Assembly (NCBI RefSeq): GCF_006345805.1
Contig: NC_043001.1
Location: 89,156,001 to 89,220,000 of the forward strand
Direction: 5' to 3'
Source of the DNA: Octopus sinensis
Lineage: Eukaryota
DNA: 64,000 nt
The position numbers and the translations under genes are program-made. The notes beneath the pieces are model-generated. The model worked only from the letters and a program-made list of their open reading frames with translations. It did not search any database and was not told the origin of the DNA. How positions within the stretch are numbered: the stretch's first letter is position 1; every line of letters begins with the position of its first letter. Positions 24,757 to 36,590 of the stretch are shown here, piece by piece.

Positions 24757-25530
24757 TCATCATCATCATCATCATTATTGTCGTCGTGTAACGTCCACTT
24801 TCCATGCTGGCATGGGTTGGATAGTTTGACTGAGGGCTGGCAAGCCAAAAGGCTGCACCAGGTGCCAATTTGATTTGGCAAAGAGCCTGTTGCAGCCTTC
24901 TGGCTCACCAGCCCTCTTGTGTGTATGTGTATGTTATTGTAAATAAGTGTCACTGTCATAGAAACAGTGTCATTCATTTCCAATATTCTTCAAAAACATG
25001 TCAGGCCATGAGGAATTATTACCTTTCTTGGGAACAGGTGAGTGTTGGCTACAGAAAGAGCATCCAGCAATAGAAAATCTGCCTTAATAAACTTTGTCCA
25101 ACTTTTGCAAGCATGGAAAAGTGGGTGCTAAACTGATGATGATGACGATGGTGATGATGATGATAATGATGATGATGACTAGAATATGAGACATTTGTTC
25201 CAGTTCATTACATTCTTAGTTCGATTCTTGCTGAGGTCAACTTTGCCTTTCATTCTTCCAAGGCTGATAAAATAAAATATCAGTCCAGTACTAGAGTCAA
25301 TATAATCAACTGTTCCAAGGCAGCAACCTAGCAGAATTATTAGCACACCAGACAAAATGCTTGGTGGCATTTCATCTGCCTTCACCTTCTGAGTTCAAAT
25401 CCTGCCAAGATAAACTTTGCTATCCATCTTTTTAGGGTTGATAAAATAAGTACCAGTTAAGCACTGAGGTCAATGCAATCAACTTACCTGCTTCCCTGAA
25501 ATTACTGGCCTTGTGTCAAAATTAGAAATT
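23742..25530. mobile_element. Dense cluster of family C, B and A SINE copies with microsatellites
   Basis: C(-) about 23742-23922; B(-) about 23935-24115; B(+) about 24302-24682; C-related about 24760-25170; A(-) and A(+) head-to-head about 25180-25530. Confidence 0.8.
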
Positions 25531-26280
25531 AATATAATCACCTATTCCACACCCACCACCAAAAGTTTGGCCTGAGTCCTTACTAGAAACAGTTATATGT
25601 GGCTATGTTTGTTCTTGATACTGTATCTTTTGTTCCTTTCCTTACTGCAGTTATTTTTTATCAGTAAGTTACATCATTGACTAAATTAAAAGATTAACAA
25701 AAGATATGATCTTATAACAACCCAATATCTCATACAATTGGACATTCCTCTTCTTCACAAGGCAGTAGGTTTTGCGAAAGTCAAGCTTTAATAAATATAA
25801 TCTTAGTTAATCCTCAACAACCTTTTACCACATTGAATGCTTGATTTCACACCAGCGTTTCATCTAATATATCACTATCAAATTCAAGTTAATCTAGACA
25901 CGATATTTTGAAGATCAACTGTGTCAGGCTATTATTTCTGATTTTCAAAATATGAAGTATTAGAGATAAACTTCCTCCTGGATAGGATATTGGGAGTAAT
26001 TTTTTTCCCAATATACAACAAATTTGAAGCAACAGAATACATACATACACATACACACACACACGTACATACATACATACAGAGCAACAATAATAATCCA
26101 TAGATGGAATTTGTAAATATCTTAATGCATCGCTACATGTGTTTTCATAAACTACATGTTTCTTAAGATCACAGTCAGTATTCCTCGGATGATTACAGTA
26201 CAGTCCATATTATCCATGGACATCAGGTGGATCATATTCGTGTGTTCATTTCTTTGGGTGACATGATGGCATTAACAGAT

Positions 26281-26379
26281 GTGAAGTTATCCTTCATCTT
26301 CTCAATGTCTTCAACATCACTGCCTTCAGCTTGGGAAAATGACCAAAAGTCACAGGAAGCAAGGTCTGGATTGTAGGGA
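26281..26379 (-). repeat. 99-bp inverted copy of mariner segment 28421-28519
   Basis: 98/99 identity by manual comparison. Confidence 0.93.
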
Positions 26380-27214
26380 GGCTTTGTTTATCAATTTTGA
26401 CCAATGAGATGGTTGATTGGGGTATGTAGGCAGTTCTGTGTGTATCTGGTGGGGAGGAGTGCAAGCTAGCATAATAAAATAGGAGCTTTTATATGCATAT
26501 TCAAAACATTTGCCATAAACGAACTTAAAGGACATATATATATATATAGTTTTACAATTCTACAGCTTGAATAGAGAAGTATACCACTTTTAGCTCTTGT
26601 TTTAGGTCTGTTTTGGACCAAGGATTCATAAGGCTAGTTATACAAGTCCAATATCCCAATATTACCCCTGAACAGAATGCCATTCCATAGCAAGGTTTCT
26701 CATTTATAGCTGAGTAGACTGGAGTAATGTAAAATGAAGTGTTTTACTCAAGAACACAAAGCACTGTCATCATCATCATCATCATCATTATCATCGTTTA
26801 GCGTCAATTTTCCATGCTGACATGGGTTGGATGGCTTGATTGGAGACTGGCAAGCCAGTAGGCTGCACCAGGCTCCAGTCTGATCTGACAAGGTTTCTAC
26901 ATCTGGATGCACTTCCTAATGCCAACTGCTCCAAGAGTGTAGTGGGTGCTTTTTACATGCCACTGGAATGGGAGCTAGTGAGGTGGCACTGACATCAAAC
27001 ACATTTGGATGATGCTTTTTATGTGCCACCAGCACAGAAGCCAGTAAGGTGGTACTGGCATCAACCCTATCAGATAATTGAAGCCACAATCTAAAAATTG
27101 TGAGCACAATGCCCTAACCAGAAGGTTACATGCCTTCACATATCACTTCATTGTAACATCTTACACCCAATGAGAGATCTTTTGAATGGTTGTGTGGTAA
27201 CCCAATATTATATA

Positions 27215-27448
27215 AGGAAGTAAGGCTGCCAGAAATGTTAGCACACCGGGCGAAATGCTTAGCAGTATTTCGTCTGCTATTATGTTCTGAATTCAAATTC
27301 CACTGAGGTCAACATTGCCTTTCATCCTTTTGGGGTCAATCAAATAAGTACCAGTTATGCACTGGGGTCGATCTAATCGACTTAATCCTTTTGTCTGTCC
27401 TTGTTTGTCCCCTCTATGTTTAGCCCCCTTGTGGGCAATAAAGAAATA
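27215..27448 (+). mobile_element. SINE, family A
   Basis: Full body through 'ccccttgtgggcaataaagaaata'. Confidence 0.88.
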
Positions 27449-27789
27449 AATATTATATAAGGACATGATAAATTAAACAATATAGTTTCAACATAACCAT
27501 AAATACGTAGCACCTTCATGGTTAGAATGTCTTTGATCATAGGTCTGCATGATTGTGATTGATATGAGGCATTTGTAGGTAATACAGTTTACCTAGATGT
27601 ATGTAGCTCAACCTACATACAAATAGAACTGAATAGTTGACAGTTTAATATCTTGGTCAAGGACTCGGTATTTGACATGCATTCCAGAAGTTTTGAGACT
27701 TTTCTTAACTGTCCTAAATTGTTATAATTTTAGTATATCATTACTATATATCTAATAATCTGACCTCCCAACTTTTGTTATCCCAGACT

Positions 27790-28662
27790 GCAGGAGGCAG
27801 CTGTAAAAGCACATGCAACATACTCTACTAAATACTGCTTGTCACAGCTGACTAGTTTACAAAATGCAGTTGGGACATGATGACAATTTGGAGGCTCACA
27901 ATGTAATTAAGTTTAGTGTTAAACTCAAATACTCTTGCATTGGAGATAATGAACTCAACCATTTCCCTGCTGTCACCAATGCACCTTTCCTTTTGCCCAA
28001 CTCTGATGTTCATATCTTCATCAATAATTCAGTATAAAGTAACCACACCAACTCCAAAGTGATGAAGGCTTGATCTACTGTTATGATCCTTAAATCAAGA
28101 GACAGAGCATCCAGTGGAAGCATACTGGCTCCACCAGACCTAAGAAGGCTAGGCAAAGCAAGTCCACCAAGGAGCTCATGATGATCCACTTTCTCTACAG
28201 CAAGGGCACCATCTACATCTTCTGGGTTCCCTCTGGCCAGATGGTCAATAAAGAGTACTCTATGGAGGTTTTGGGGAGTTCAGCAAGATATTCTAATACA
28301 AAACGCCAGAGTTCTCCGGCTTGGGTTAGTGGCACCTGCACCAGGGTAATGTACCAGTTCACAATTCCATCCTGGTACCAACCACTTGACAGAGACGGGT
28401 GTCAAATCTATCCCTCACTATCCCTACAATCCAGACCTTGCTTCCTGTGACTTTTGGTCATTTTCCCAAGCTGAAGGCAGTCATGTTGAAGACATTGAGA
28501 AGATGAAGGATAACTTCACTTTAGAGGACTTCCATAGGGCCAGACAAAGTGGCTGGAGTGCTACAAGTGCATTGAAGTCAGAGATTAAAGTTTTTTGTAT
28601 TCTTTTGGAATTAAAAAATGTGTCCCCTGAAAAAGCCTCAAAACTTCTGGAATGCACCCTAA
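27790..28662 (+). mobile_element. Decayed mariner element
   Basis: 'CYDP*IKRQSIQWKHTGSTRPKKARQSK', 'WVPSGQMVNKEY', 'PYNPDLASCDFW'; TIR-like end 'aaaacttctggaatgcacccta'. Confidence 0.85.
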
Positions 28663-28677
28663 CCCTAATTTTATTCT

Positions 28678-29095
28678 ATCACAATGTGGTACCTACAAAC
28701 AGCTATACTGGGCTATTGACAGTTTAATGTCTTTGTCAAGGACACTTTAAAGTGTTCTGTATCACACTGTGCTACTTATATACACTAAGAAGACTGAAAT
28801 GCTTACAGCTTGAAATCTCAGTTAAGGAAACAGTACAGTGTAGTGCATCACATTGTGGTACCTATATACAGCTAGGTAGACTGGACTGTTGATGCTGGGT
28901 CTCTTGATCAAGAGCACAATGCACGTCACTCTATGGAACCTACCTACAGTTTGATAGACTGGACTGGCTGGGTTATAAATACAACACAGCAAACCATACT
29001 ACAATGTGGTGCCCACTTATAATTAGATTGACAGCTTAGGTATCACTCTGTGATATCTACTTACAGCTAGGTGGATAGAGATGTTAACATTTGAA
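28678..29095. repeat. Decayed minisatellite, about 80-84-bp unit, 5-6 copies
   Basis: 'atcaca.tgtggtacctat.tacagctaggtagactgg'-like units at about 28678, 28762, 28846, 28925, 28996 and 29041. Confidence 0.55.
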
Positions 29096-29499
29096 GGCCT
29101 TGGCCATAGATATATTACAGTACTAGGAATATGATATGAACATCAGATATTTTTGTTAATATTCCAGTACTCTAGTAATTCAGCTACCCATAACTCCTCA
29201 CAATTGGTAATGGGTTTGTTTTTTTTAATTACTGAATAATTATCAATTAAAATTGATTGAAATTTATACTGTTTCTCTCTTCAGATTTAATGAGATAATC
29301 CTTTTGATCAGATATTTATCTGCATAATCAAATAAGCTTCAGCTAATTTGCTGTCATCAAGTTAATCTTTAATAATTCCTCCAGCTCTCTTATTCATTCT
29401 CTTAGCTACCCACTTTCTACCATCTTCCTCCCTCTCCTTTTCCTGTGTCTTCTCCTCCTCTCAGTTTTTCTCTTATCTTCCTCCCTTACTCTCCTCTTT

Positions 29500-29790
29500 C
29501 ATTGATTGGTTGTGTCTTTGACAATTTCTCTCTTTGTCATCTCCTTCATGAGATTCAGATTCCTTAGATCAGCTTTTACCACTTCTTCCCATGTCTTTGT
29601 TGTAGTTCCTCTTCCACAGGTTCCTTCCAAATTCAACCCTTGGCACCACATTACAAAACTGTAATCTGCCATCACATTCCATTTCTATATCAACTCTGTC
29701 ATATCTTATATACACTGCATCTGATTCCTCTTATACCCAGTTTTTCTTTCAATTCATTTGTGACCCATTGTTCCCACTAACATTAAACAT
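29500..29790 (-). mobile_element. RTE C-terminal fragment
   Basis: 'EGTCGRG..KTWEEVVKADLRNLNLMKEMTK'. Confidence 0.65.
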
Positions 29791-29794
29791 AGAC

Positions 29795-30460
29795 ATGGCT
29801 GTATGGTTAAGATGCTTACTTTGAAACCATATAATTTTGGTTCAGTCTCACGACTTGGGCAAGTGTTTTCTACTATAGCTCTGAGTCAACCAATACCTTG
29901 CATGTGACTTTGGTAGACAGAAACTCTGTGTAGAAGCCCATCACATATGTATATGTGTGTGTCTTTGTGTTTATGTTTTTTTTTAATGAAGACAGATGAA
30001 ACACTGCTATGCATTTCACCTGGCGTGCTAACGTTTCTTATTTCTTTATTGCCCACAAGGGGCTAAACATAGAGGAGACAAACAAGGACAGACAAAGAGG
30101 TTAAGTCAATTACATCGACCCCAGTGCATAACTGGTACTTAATTTATCGACCCCAAAAGGATGAAAGGCAAAGTCGACCTCGGCGGAATTTGGACTCAGA
30201 ACGTAACGGCAGACCAAATACCGCTAAGCATTTCACCCGGCATGCTAAAGTTTCTGCCAGCTCCCCACCTGTGTTTATGTTTGTCCCCATCATACTGCTT
30301 GACAACCACTGTTGGTTTGTTTACATTTCTGTAGGGATCTGGCAAAAGAGAAGATAAAATAAGTACCAGACTTAAAAAATAAGTACTGAGATTGATTTGT
30401 TTGACATAACCCTTCAAGGCCAACATAACCATAGTCCAATAGTTAAAATTAGTAAAAGAA
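29795..30460. mobile_element. Family B SINE interrupted by family A SINE(s)
   Basis: B head about 29795-29975; A(-) about 29985-30270; B tail about 30270-30460. Confidence 0.75.
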
Positions 30461-32429
30461 AAGATCCAACAATCTCCACCTCATTTATTTTTTACCTTCA
30501 CATTCTCTTCCACATTCAGTTCCCATTATACATTCTACCCTTCACTCAAAGAAAAACTTTATTTGTTACCTGCTGAAGTAATTGCTCCTTAAACTTTTTA
30601 CTCTGACTTCTATGCTTTCAAAACACTCTCCTCTAATGCTAACTGGACCACCTATGTCAAAGAAGCTATCAACTACTTCCAAGGAGTCAGCTGTTCATTT
30701 AAAAGAATATATTTATGGCTGCTGTTATAGTTAACTATTCTTGCACATCTGTTACTTATGAATCCTTTCTTTTCTGTCAGCCTGCCTGTAATCCCACTGC
30801 ATTTTTTATGCACCTGTAATTTATAGTAAATACGCTATATGATATTCCCATCTACTCTTTTTATGCATATTAAGTACAGCCACATCTCTTATGGCAGCAG
30901 AACTCTGTTTTCTTTCGTGCTGATTAAAACTTTTGTCTCTGTTAGGTTTACTTTAAGACCTCTTGATTCTAGGTATTGATTCTCTGCTTGAAATTTGTAG
31001 TTTAACTCTTCAACATATTCAGCTATGGGAACTAGGTCAATTTTAAACTTTTTTGTTATGGTATGGAAAATTACATCAAACTGTTGGAGGTCTGAGAACT
31101 ATGCTCTGATGAACACATGCCTGGATGCCTTGTTGAACTCATTGCTAACTCTACCCTCGTTGAAAGCAAATCATCTACATGTTTTACACCCTTAAAGCAA
31201 CATGGAATAAGAGGTATCTTACTTGTAAAACAGGTAAGGGTCAGTGACTCAAAGGGAATCTAGTTGTAAAAGAATGCCTTAACAACACATTTATGTGTTC
31301 CATGCTAATATGAAAGAACAGAAGTAAAGTGAATGAAGACATTTTTGCCACCATGGCAGTCTATATCAGTCATGGGCAAACCAGCCCACAAGCTTTCTGA
31401 ATGGCATACCTAATGAAAAATTACCTTTAATTTTATAATACTGCCACCCACCTGATGATGAGCTATGTCTCACATGGGTTGTATCTTGGAAAGGTTGTTC
31501 ATATCTGGTCTACATGCATATCTTGATAATATAGATTTCACAAAATTTTCTGTTGATATTCCTACACCCATTCCTCAATAATATATATAAAAAAAGATCA
31601 AAGTTTTAATATTTAATTTCTACTCTGTGATAAATAGTAAAACTACATGTGAAGTATTATAATAATCATACAAAACATTGGCAAGTTTGTTTCCAGTATA
31701 CTACCACTAACTTTCTTCCTTAAATGACCTTATGAAAAAAAGAAAATCAAAATTTTCTGACCATGCATTCAGGTGCTATGATACAGGCAACATTTGAGCA
31801 AATACACTTTATTAATAACTGCATCTTAATTGAATAATTGACACTGAAACTTTTAAGACAGGGATAAAAGTGCGAAGTAATTTGGAAGAAGGGCCTAGGC
31901 ATGGTTATATGGTAAAGAAGTTTACTTCCCAATCATGTGCTTTCAGGTTCAGTCCTGCTGTGTGGCATCTTGGGCAAGTATATACCTTCTGCTACAGGTC
32001 GACCAAAGTCTTATGACTGGATTTGGTAGATGGAAACTCATATACATATATATATTAATATAAAGAAAACAGAAAAAATGTTGTGGATACTTGTTTTATT
32101 TGTTTCACAATAAGAACATAGCAAATAGTTTAATACAAATAAAATTTAAAGGAACATAAATTAACATAAAATAAGCATAAAAAGTGCCTACACATTTCAA
32201 TCTGATCTCTAGGTAAACAGTGCTTTGAATCTGCAGGGTTCAAACCATATTAAGAATTGTAGATGTAAAAAATAACACAATGTAACCAGATATCATCAAG
32301 GCTGCCTTGTGTAAAAGACTAATGCTTTAATATTATATCATTGATAATACCAGTACCAGTTGATCTCTGGTTTTTATAATCCCTAAGGAGGACATTACAT
32401 CCTCAAATTGACTATATATATATAGGCTA

Positions 32430-32722
32430 TATCAAATCTCTGACAGTTTGTCGCTGGAAAAAACATAGTATTTTGTGAGTGGAATGAGTTTTTCATCACT
32501 AACTGGTGATTATCACACACTAAAAACAGGTAACTACCCATAAACCTGGGTTTGTGTGTATCCCATAAGGCTAGTGATGGGAGCGATGACCTTCCCTCGT
32601 AAATTCTAATTGGACACAGGCAGTGTGTTGTTAGCTAGCTGGAGTAGTTGTCTTCCTGGGGCTAAAAACAGCAGTAACATCATCCTCTAAGTAACATCAT
32701 CCTAGTCGGCAAATATATTTTA
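32430..32722 (-). mobile_element. Diverged member of the LTR-like family
   Basis: Reverse complement aligns to 11750-11975 ('tatatttgcc..agccccagga..ctccagct..acacact'). Confidence 0.55.
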
Positions 32723-32747
32723 TGATATATATATATATATATATATA

Positions 32748-32958
32748 TGTGTGACCCCGTGTGTATCATTGGCGATTTTCTTTTTCTGTCTTCCCTTCCT
32801 TGGACCTTTCCTTTTTCTATGTTTCTGACAAAGAGCTCCGCTCAAAATGTTAAATTCTCCTTCTTTCTTTCCTTTCCTGAGTGTTCAATAGCACTATACT
32901 TGTTCCATGTCCTCGCATTGTTGTGTTTTCTCTTTGTGTTTTCATGTTTGGATTAACT
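32748..32958 (+). mobile_element. About 210-bp hammerhead-bearing unit, copy 1 (Penelope-like terminal repeat or retrozyme-like)
   Basis: Colinear with 33204-33410; both flanked by (TA)n. Confidence 0.7.
32821..32855 (+). ncRNA. Degenerate minimal type-I hammerhead ribozyme
   Basis: GUUU-CUGACAA-A-GAGC(UCC)GCUC-AAA-AUGU-U-AAAU; the core changes fit CpG decay of the copy-2 sequence. Confidence 0.55.
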
Positions 32959-32972
32959 ATATATATATATAT

Positions 32973-33156
32973 AAGATAGAGATGTAAATAGCACAGAAGT
33001 AAGTCGAAGACATTTCAATTTAAGAAGGAATTTAATAAAAATGATTTTAAAAAGCATATAAAGAAAATATGCAATTTTTTAAATCATTTTTATCAAATTC
33101 CTTCTTAAATTGAAATGTCTTAGACTTACTTTTATGTCATTTCCACCGCCATCTTT
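32973..33156. repeat. TA-flanked fold-back palindrome
   Basis: Core arms 32998-33053 and 33075-33130 are near-perfect reverse complements; outer arms more diverged. Confidence 0.9.
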
Positions 33157-33203
33157 TATATATAAAAATTTGATTTGTATAGATCTCTAAACTTTTTTCA
33201 ACT

Positions 33204-33410
33204 ATGTGACCTCGTGAGTACCGCTGGCGATTTTTTTCCTCTGTCTTCCCTTCTCGGGATCTTTCCTTCTCCTATGTTTCCGACGAAGAGCTCCGCTCGA
33301 AACGTTAAACCCTCCTTCTTCCCTTCTTTCCTGAGCATCCAATAATACTTTATTTGTTCCACGTCCTTGCGTTGTTGTGTTTTTTTGTGTTTTCTTGTTT
33401 GGATTAACTT
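33204..33410 (+). mobile_element. Hammerhead-bearing unit, copy 2
   Basis: Colinear with 32748-32958. Confidence 0.7.
33276..33310 (+). ncRNA. Minimal type-I hammerhead ribozyme, one change from the canonical core
   Basis: GUUU-CCGACGA-A-GAGC(UCC)GCUC-GAA-ACGU-U-AAAC: stem I GUUU/AAAC, stem II GAGC/GCUC, palindromic stem III ACGU, U4-to-C change. Confidence 0.65.
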
Positions 33411-33501
<91 letters not shown>

Positions 33502-33992
33502 GTAGGCATGGCTGTATGATAAGAAGCTTGCTTCCCAACCACATTGTGGTGATGAGGAGAAGGAGGAGGAGATTTATATAAGGGTAATAATATAGGGGTA
33601 ACATCTCTTACAATTTATCTCTGGAATAAGTGAAATGTTTCCAGAGGCTGAACACTAACTACAGTACAGTTAATTTGTAAATATATGTTTGTAGTAGGTG
33701 GTGGTATTAAAACCAAAGATTGGCATTTATTGTACACAATTGTTCAAGAAGAGATATTGTTGCTTCTTGAGACATTTGAATAGATTTGTTTGAATAGAAC
33801 AACAAACCTATTCAGATAGAGTTGACATCATTAACATTATCATCAGCAGCAGCTTGCGTAAGACCATAAAACTACTATTGACAGTAGATTTATACAAGTA
33901 TATTTATTTATTTATTTACATATTTTTATATTTATTCATTTATTATTATTATTATTATTATTATTATCATTATTATTATTATAATTATTATT

Positions 33993-34546
33993 GAGTGAGA
34001 GAGCAGTTCATGCCATCAAAGTGACACTGGGGTAAAATATACGAAGCCCAATATACCCATCATGACTTACCCGTCTGATAAGGGTACACCAGGCACATGC
34101 ATCACAACCATATGTGCGCGACATGGTGATCTCATATCAAGATAAACAGCACATGACCTTGCAGGTGGGGCCCAGTTAGAATTTTCTTCAGGTTGAGTAG
34201 CCCATCCCGTTCAAAAGGTCCCTGAATAAGGGTTGTTTAAGGATGTTGAAAGAACCACCCATGTTTCCAGAGGTAAATTATTCAAACCCCAAAGAATCCC
34301 TCTCAACACAGGGCTATGATGCTCCCCCACTACTTCTGCTCGTGATCAGAGATGCACATATCGTCAGCCACTAAGGGACATGCTCAACTGGTTAAGGTCA
34401 AACAACTGACAAGCAAATCTGTGGTATTGAGCAGAATATTTGCTGTAGCCCATCTTTTATACCAAGACAAAACAATGTACGTGATAACACTTCCAATCAG
34501 TTAAGATCAGAAGCCATGAGAGCCACTGCCTGGTACTGCATCAGGG

Positions 34547-34548
<2 letters not shown>
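33993..34548. mobile_element. About 555-bp non-coding element embedded in (TTA)n
   Basis: Complex sequence with (TTA)n on both sides in the same orientation; no TIR or ORF seen. Confidence 0.65.
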
Positions 34549-34610
<62 letters not shown>

Positions 34611-35461
34611 TAGCTTGATTTGGGGTCATTTTAGTTACTAGTTGAGTCTTTACCTGAAATCTAAGGCCAGTAACTGTATTAAAGCAATAGGAATTTTCTC
34701 AAGATGGGCTATTGAAGCTAGTGCAATCTTTTGGACATCATGTACATTTCTTAACTAAAGACCCTTTCTTTAACTATGCCTAATGTTACTACTATTACCA
34801 GTAAGGAATTGTTTTTAGTTTCTATATTCTGTTGATTTCTATTATTATTATAGTGAAACTGTTCTGCATGCTCTTGTCCAGTGCCCAGGCATCGCTGACT
34901 TGTGGATTTATGTCAAATGCTTGCTGTCATGTAGGACAGATTCAACTATAAACTGAATTTATTGTGAAGATCGTCCCACCCACTTCCTCAGGCCAGGAAG
35001 GGCAGGCAGTATTTATTTGTCTGGTAGTCTTAGCAAAAGAGGTAATGTGGGAGCAGATTGAAAAGGCTGAAGACAGATACTTTTTTCTTTGGCCAAGTCC
35101 TCCTCAACTTTTTCAAGTTTCACTTAAAAAGGAAAGTGAAAGTAGAGAAGGAAGTGTTGGTTCCCAGCAATTTTGTTAAAAGGTGAGTGAGTGAATAAGC
35201 CTACTCTGAGTATATGCCTGTAACTTGAAAGAAAATGATGTGGAGTGGGCACTTGCCCTAATGGTCAGGTTGACCATGGTTTTGTGGGGTTTTCATGAGC
35301 ATCCCTAAGAAGTTTCCCTCTTTTGAGGAATTATTCTGTTTTTCTACTTTTTATATGCTTCTTTATGTAACCCCACATTGTATTGTCCATTTCTTTCCCC
35401 AACGTTTTTTTTTTGTAAACCCTTAGTGGTAAAGAAAGCATTATTATTATTGTTGTTGTTA

Positions 35462-36270
35462 TTTAGGCAGTGAGCTGGCAAAATCGTTAGCATGCTGGGT
35501 GAAATGCTTAGTGGTATTTTGTCTGTTGCTACATTCTGAGTTCAAATTCCACCGAGGTCGACTTTGCCTTTCATCTTTTTAGGGTCAATAAAGTAAGTAC
35601 CAGTTGAAAACTAGGGTAAATATAATCAATTTATCCCCACCTCCCCCAAGTTGCCCTTGTAGCAAAAATTTGCTATAATCATTATTATTATTACATAAGT
35701 TGTCAAGCTAGCAGAATCGTTAGTACAGCGAGCAAAATGTTTAGTGGCATTTCATACATCTTTATGTTCTGAGTTCAATTTCTACTGAGGGTGACTTTGC
35801 CATTCACCTTTTGGGGGTCAATGAAATAAGTACCAGTTGCGCACTGGGGTTGATGTAGTTGACTAGTTCCCTCCCCACAAATTTCAGGCCTTTAGTTAAA
35901 AAAATTATCATTATTATTATTATTATATTATTATTATTATATTATTATTATTAATGCAGAAAGCTAGCAGAATCATCAGCATGTCAAATAAAATGCTTGG
36001 CAGCAATAAACTGTTGGAGGTCTGAGAACCATGCTCTGATGAACACGTGCCTGGATGCCTTGTTGACCTCACTGCTAACTCTACCCTTGTAGAGTTACCC
36101 TTCTGACTCTTTATGTTCTGAGTTCAAACACTGCTATGGTCTGCTTCTGCTTTGCCTTACATCCTTTCAGGGTGGATAAAATAAGTACCAGTCGAGTACT
36201 GGGGTCAATGTAATCAACTTCCCTCTCACCAAAAATTTAAGGCCTTGTGCCTAGAGTAGAAAGGATTATT
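35462..36270 (+). mobile_element. Three head-to-tail family A SINEs separated by (TTA)n
   Basis: Heads at about 35465, 35700 and 35955; the third is interrupted at 36008-36096. Confidence 0.8.
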
Positions 36271-36337
36271 ATTATTTTGACAGATATACCAAATACACTT
36301 CTGTGTTGCTGAAGTGTATGCAATATTGTCTTCTTAT

Positions 36338-36590
36338 AGTGGTGGTGGTGGCAGTGGCAGTGGCAGCGGCAATGGCAGTGGAAGCAGTGGTGGTAGTGGT
36401 GGTTGTGGTGGTGGTGGCAGTGGTGGGGGCGATGGTGGTGGCGGTGGTGGTGGCAGCAGTGATGGTGGCAGCGGCGGTGGTGGTGGCAGCAGCGATGGTG
36501 GTGATGGCACTGGTGGTGGTGGTGGTGGTGGTGGTGGCAGTGGTAGTGGTGGCGGCGATGGTGGTGGCAGTCATCGTCGTCTTCTGGTTG
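36338..36590. repeat. Degenerate (GGT/GGC/AGT/AGC)n trinucleotide array
   Basis: Visible directly. Confidence 0.9.
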
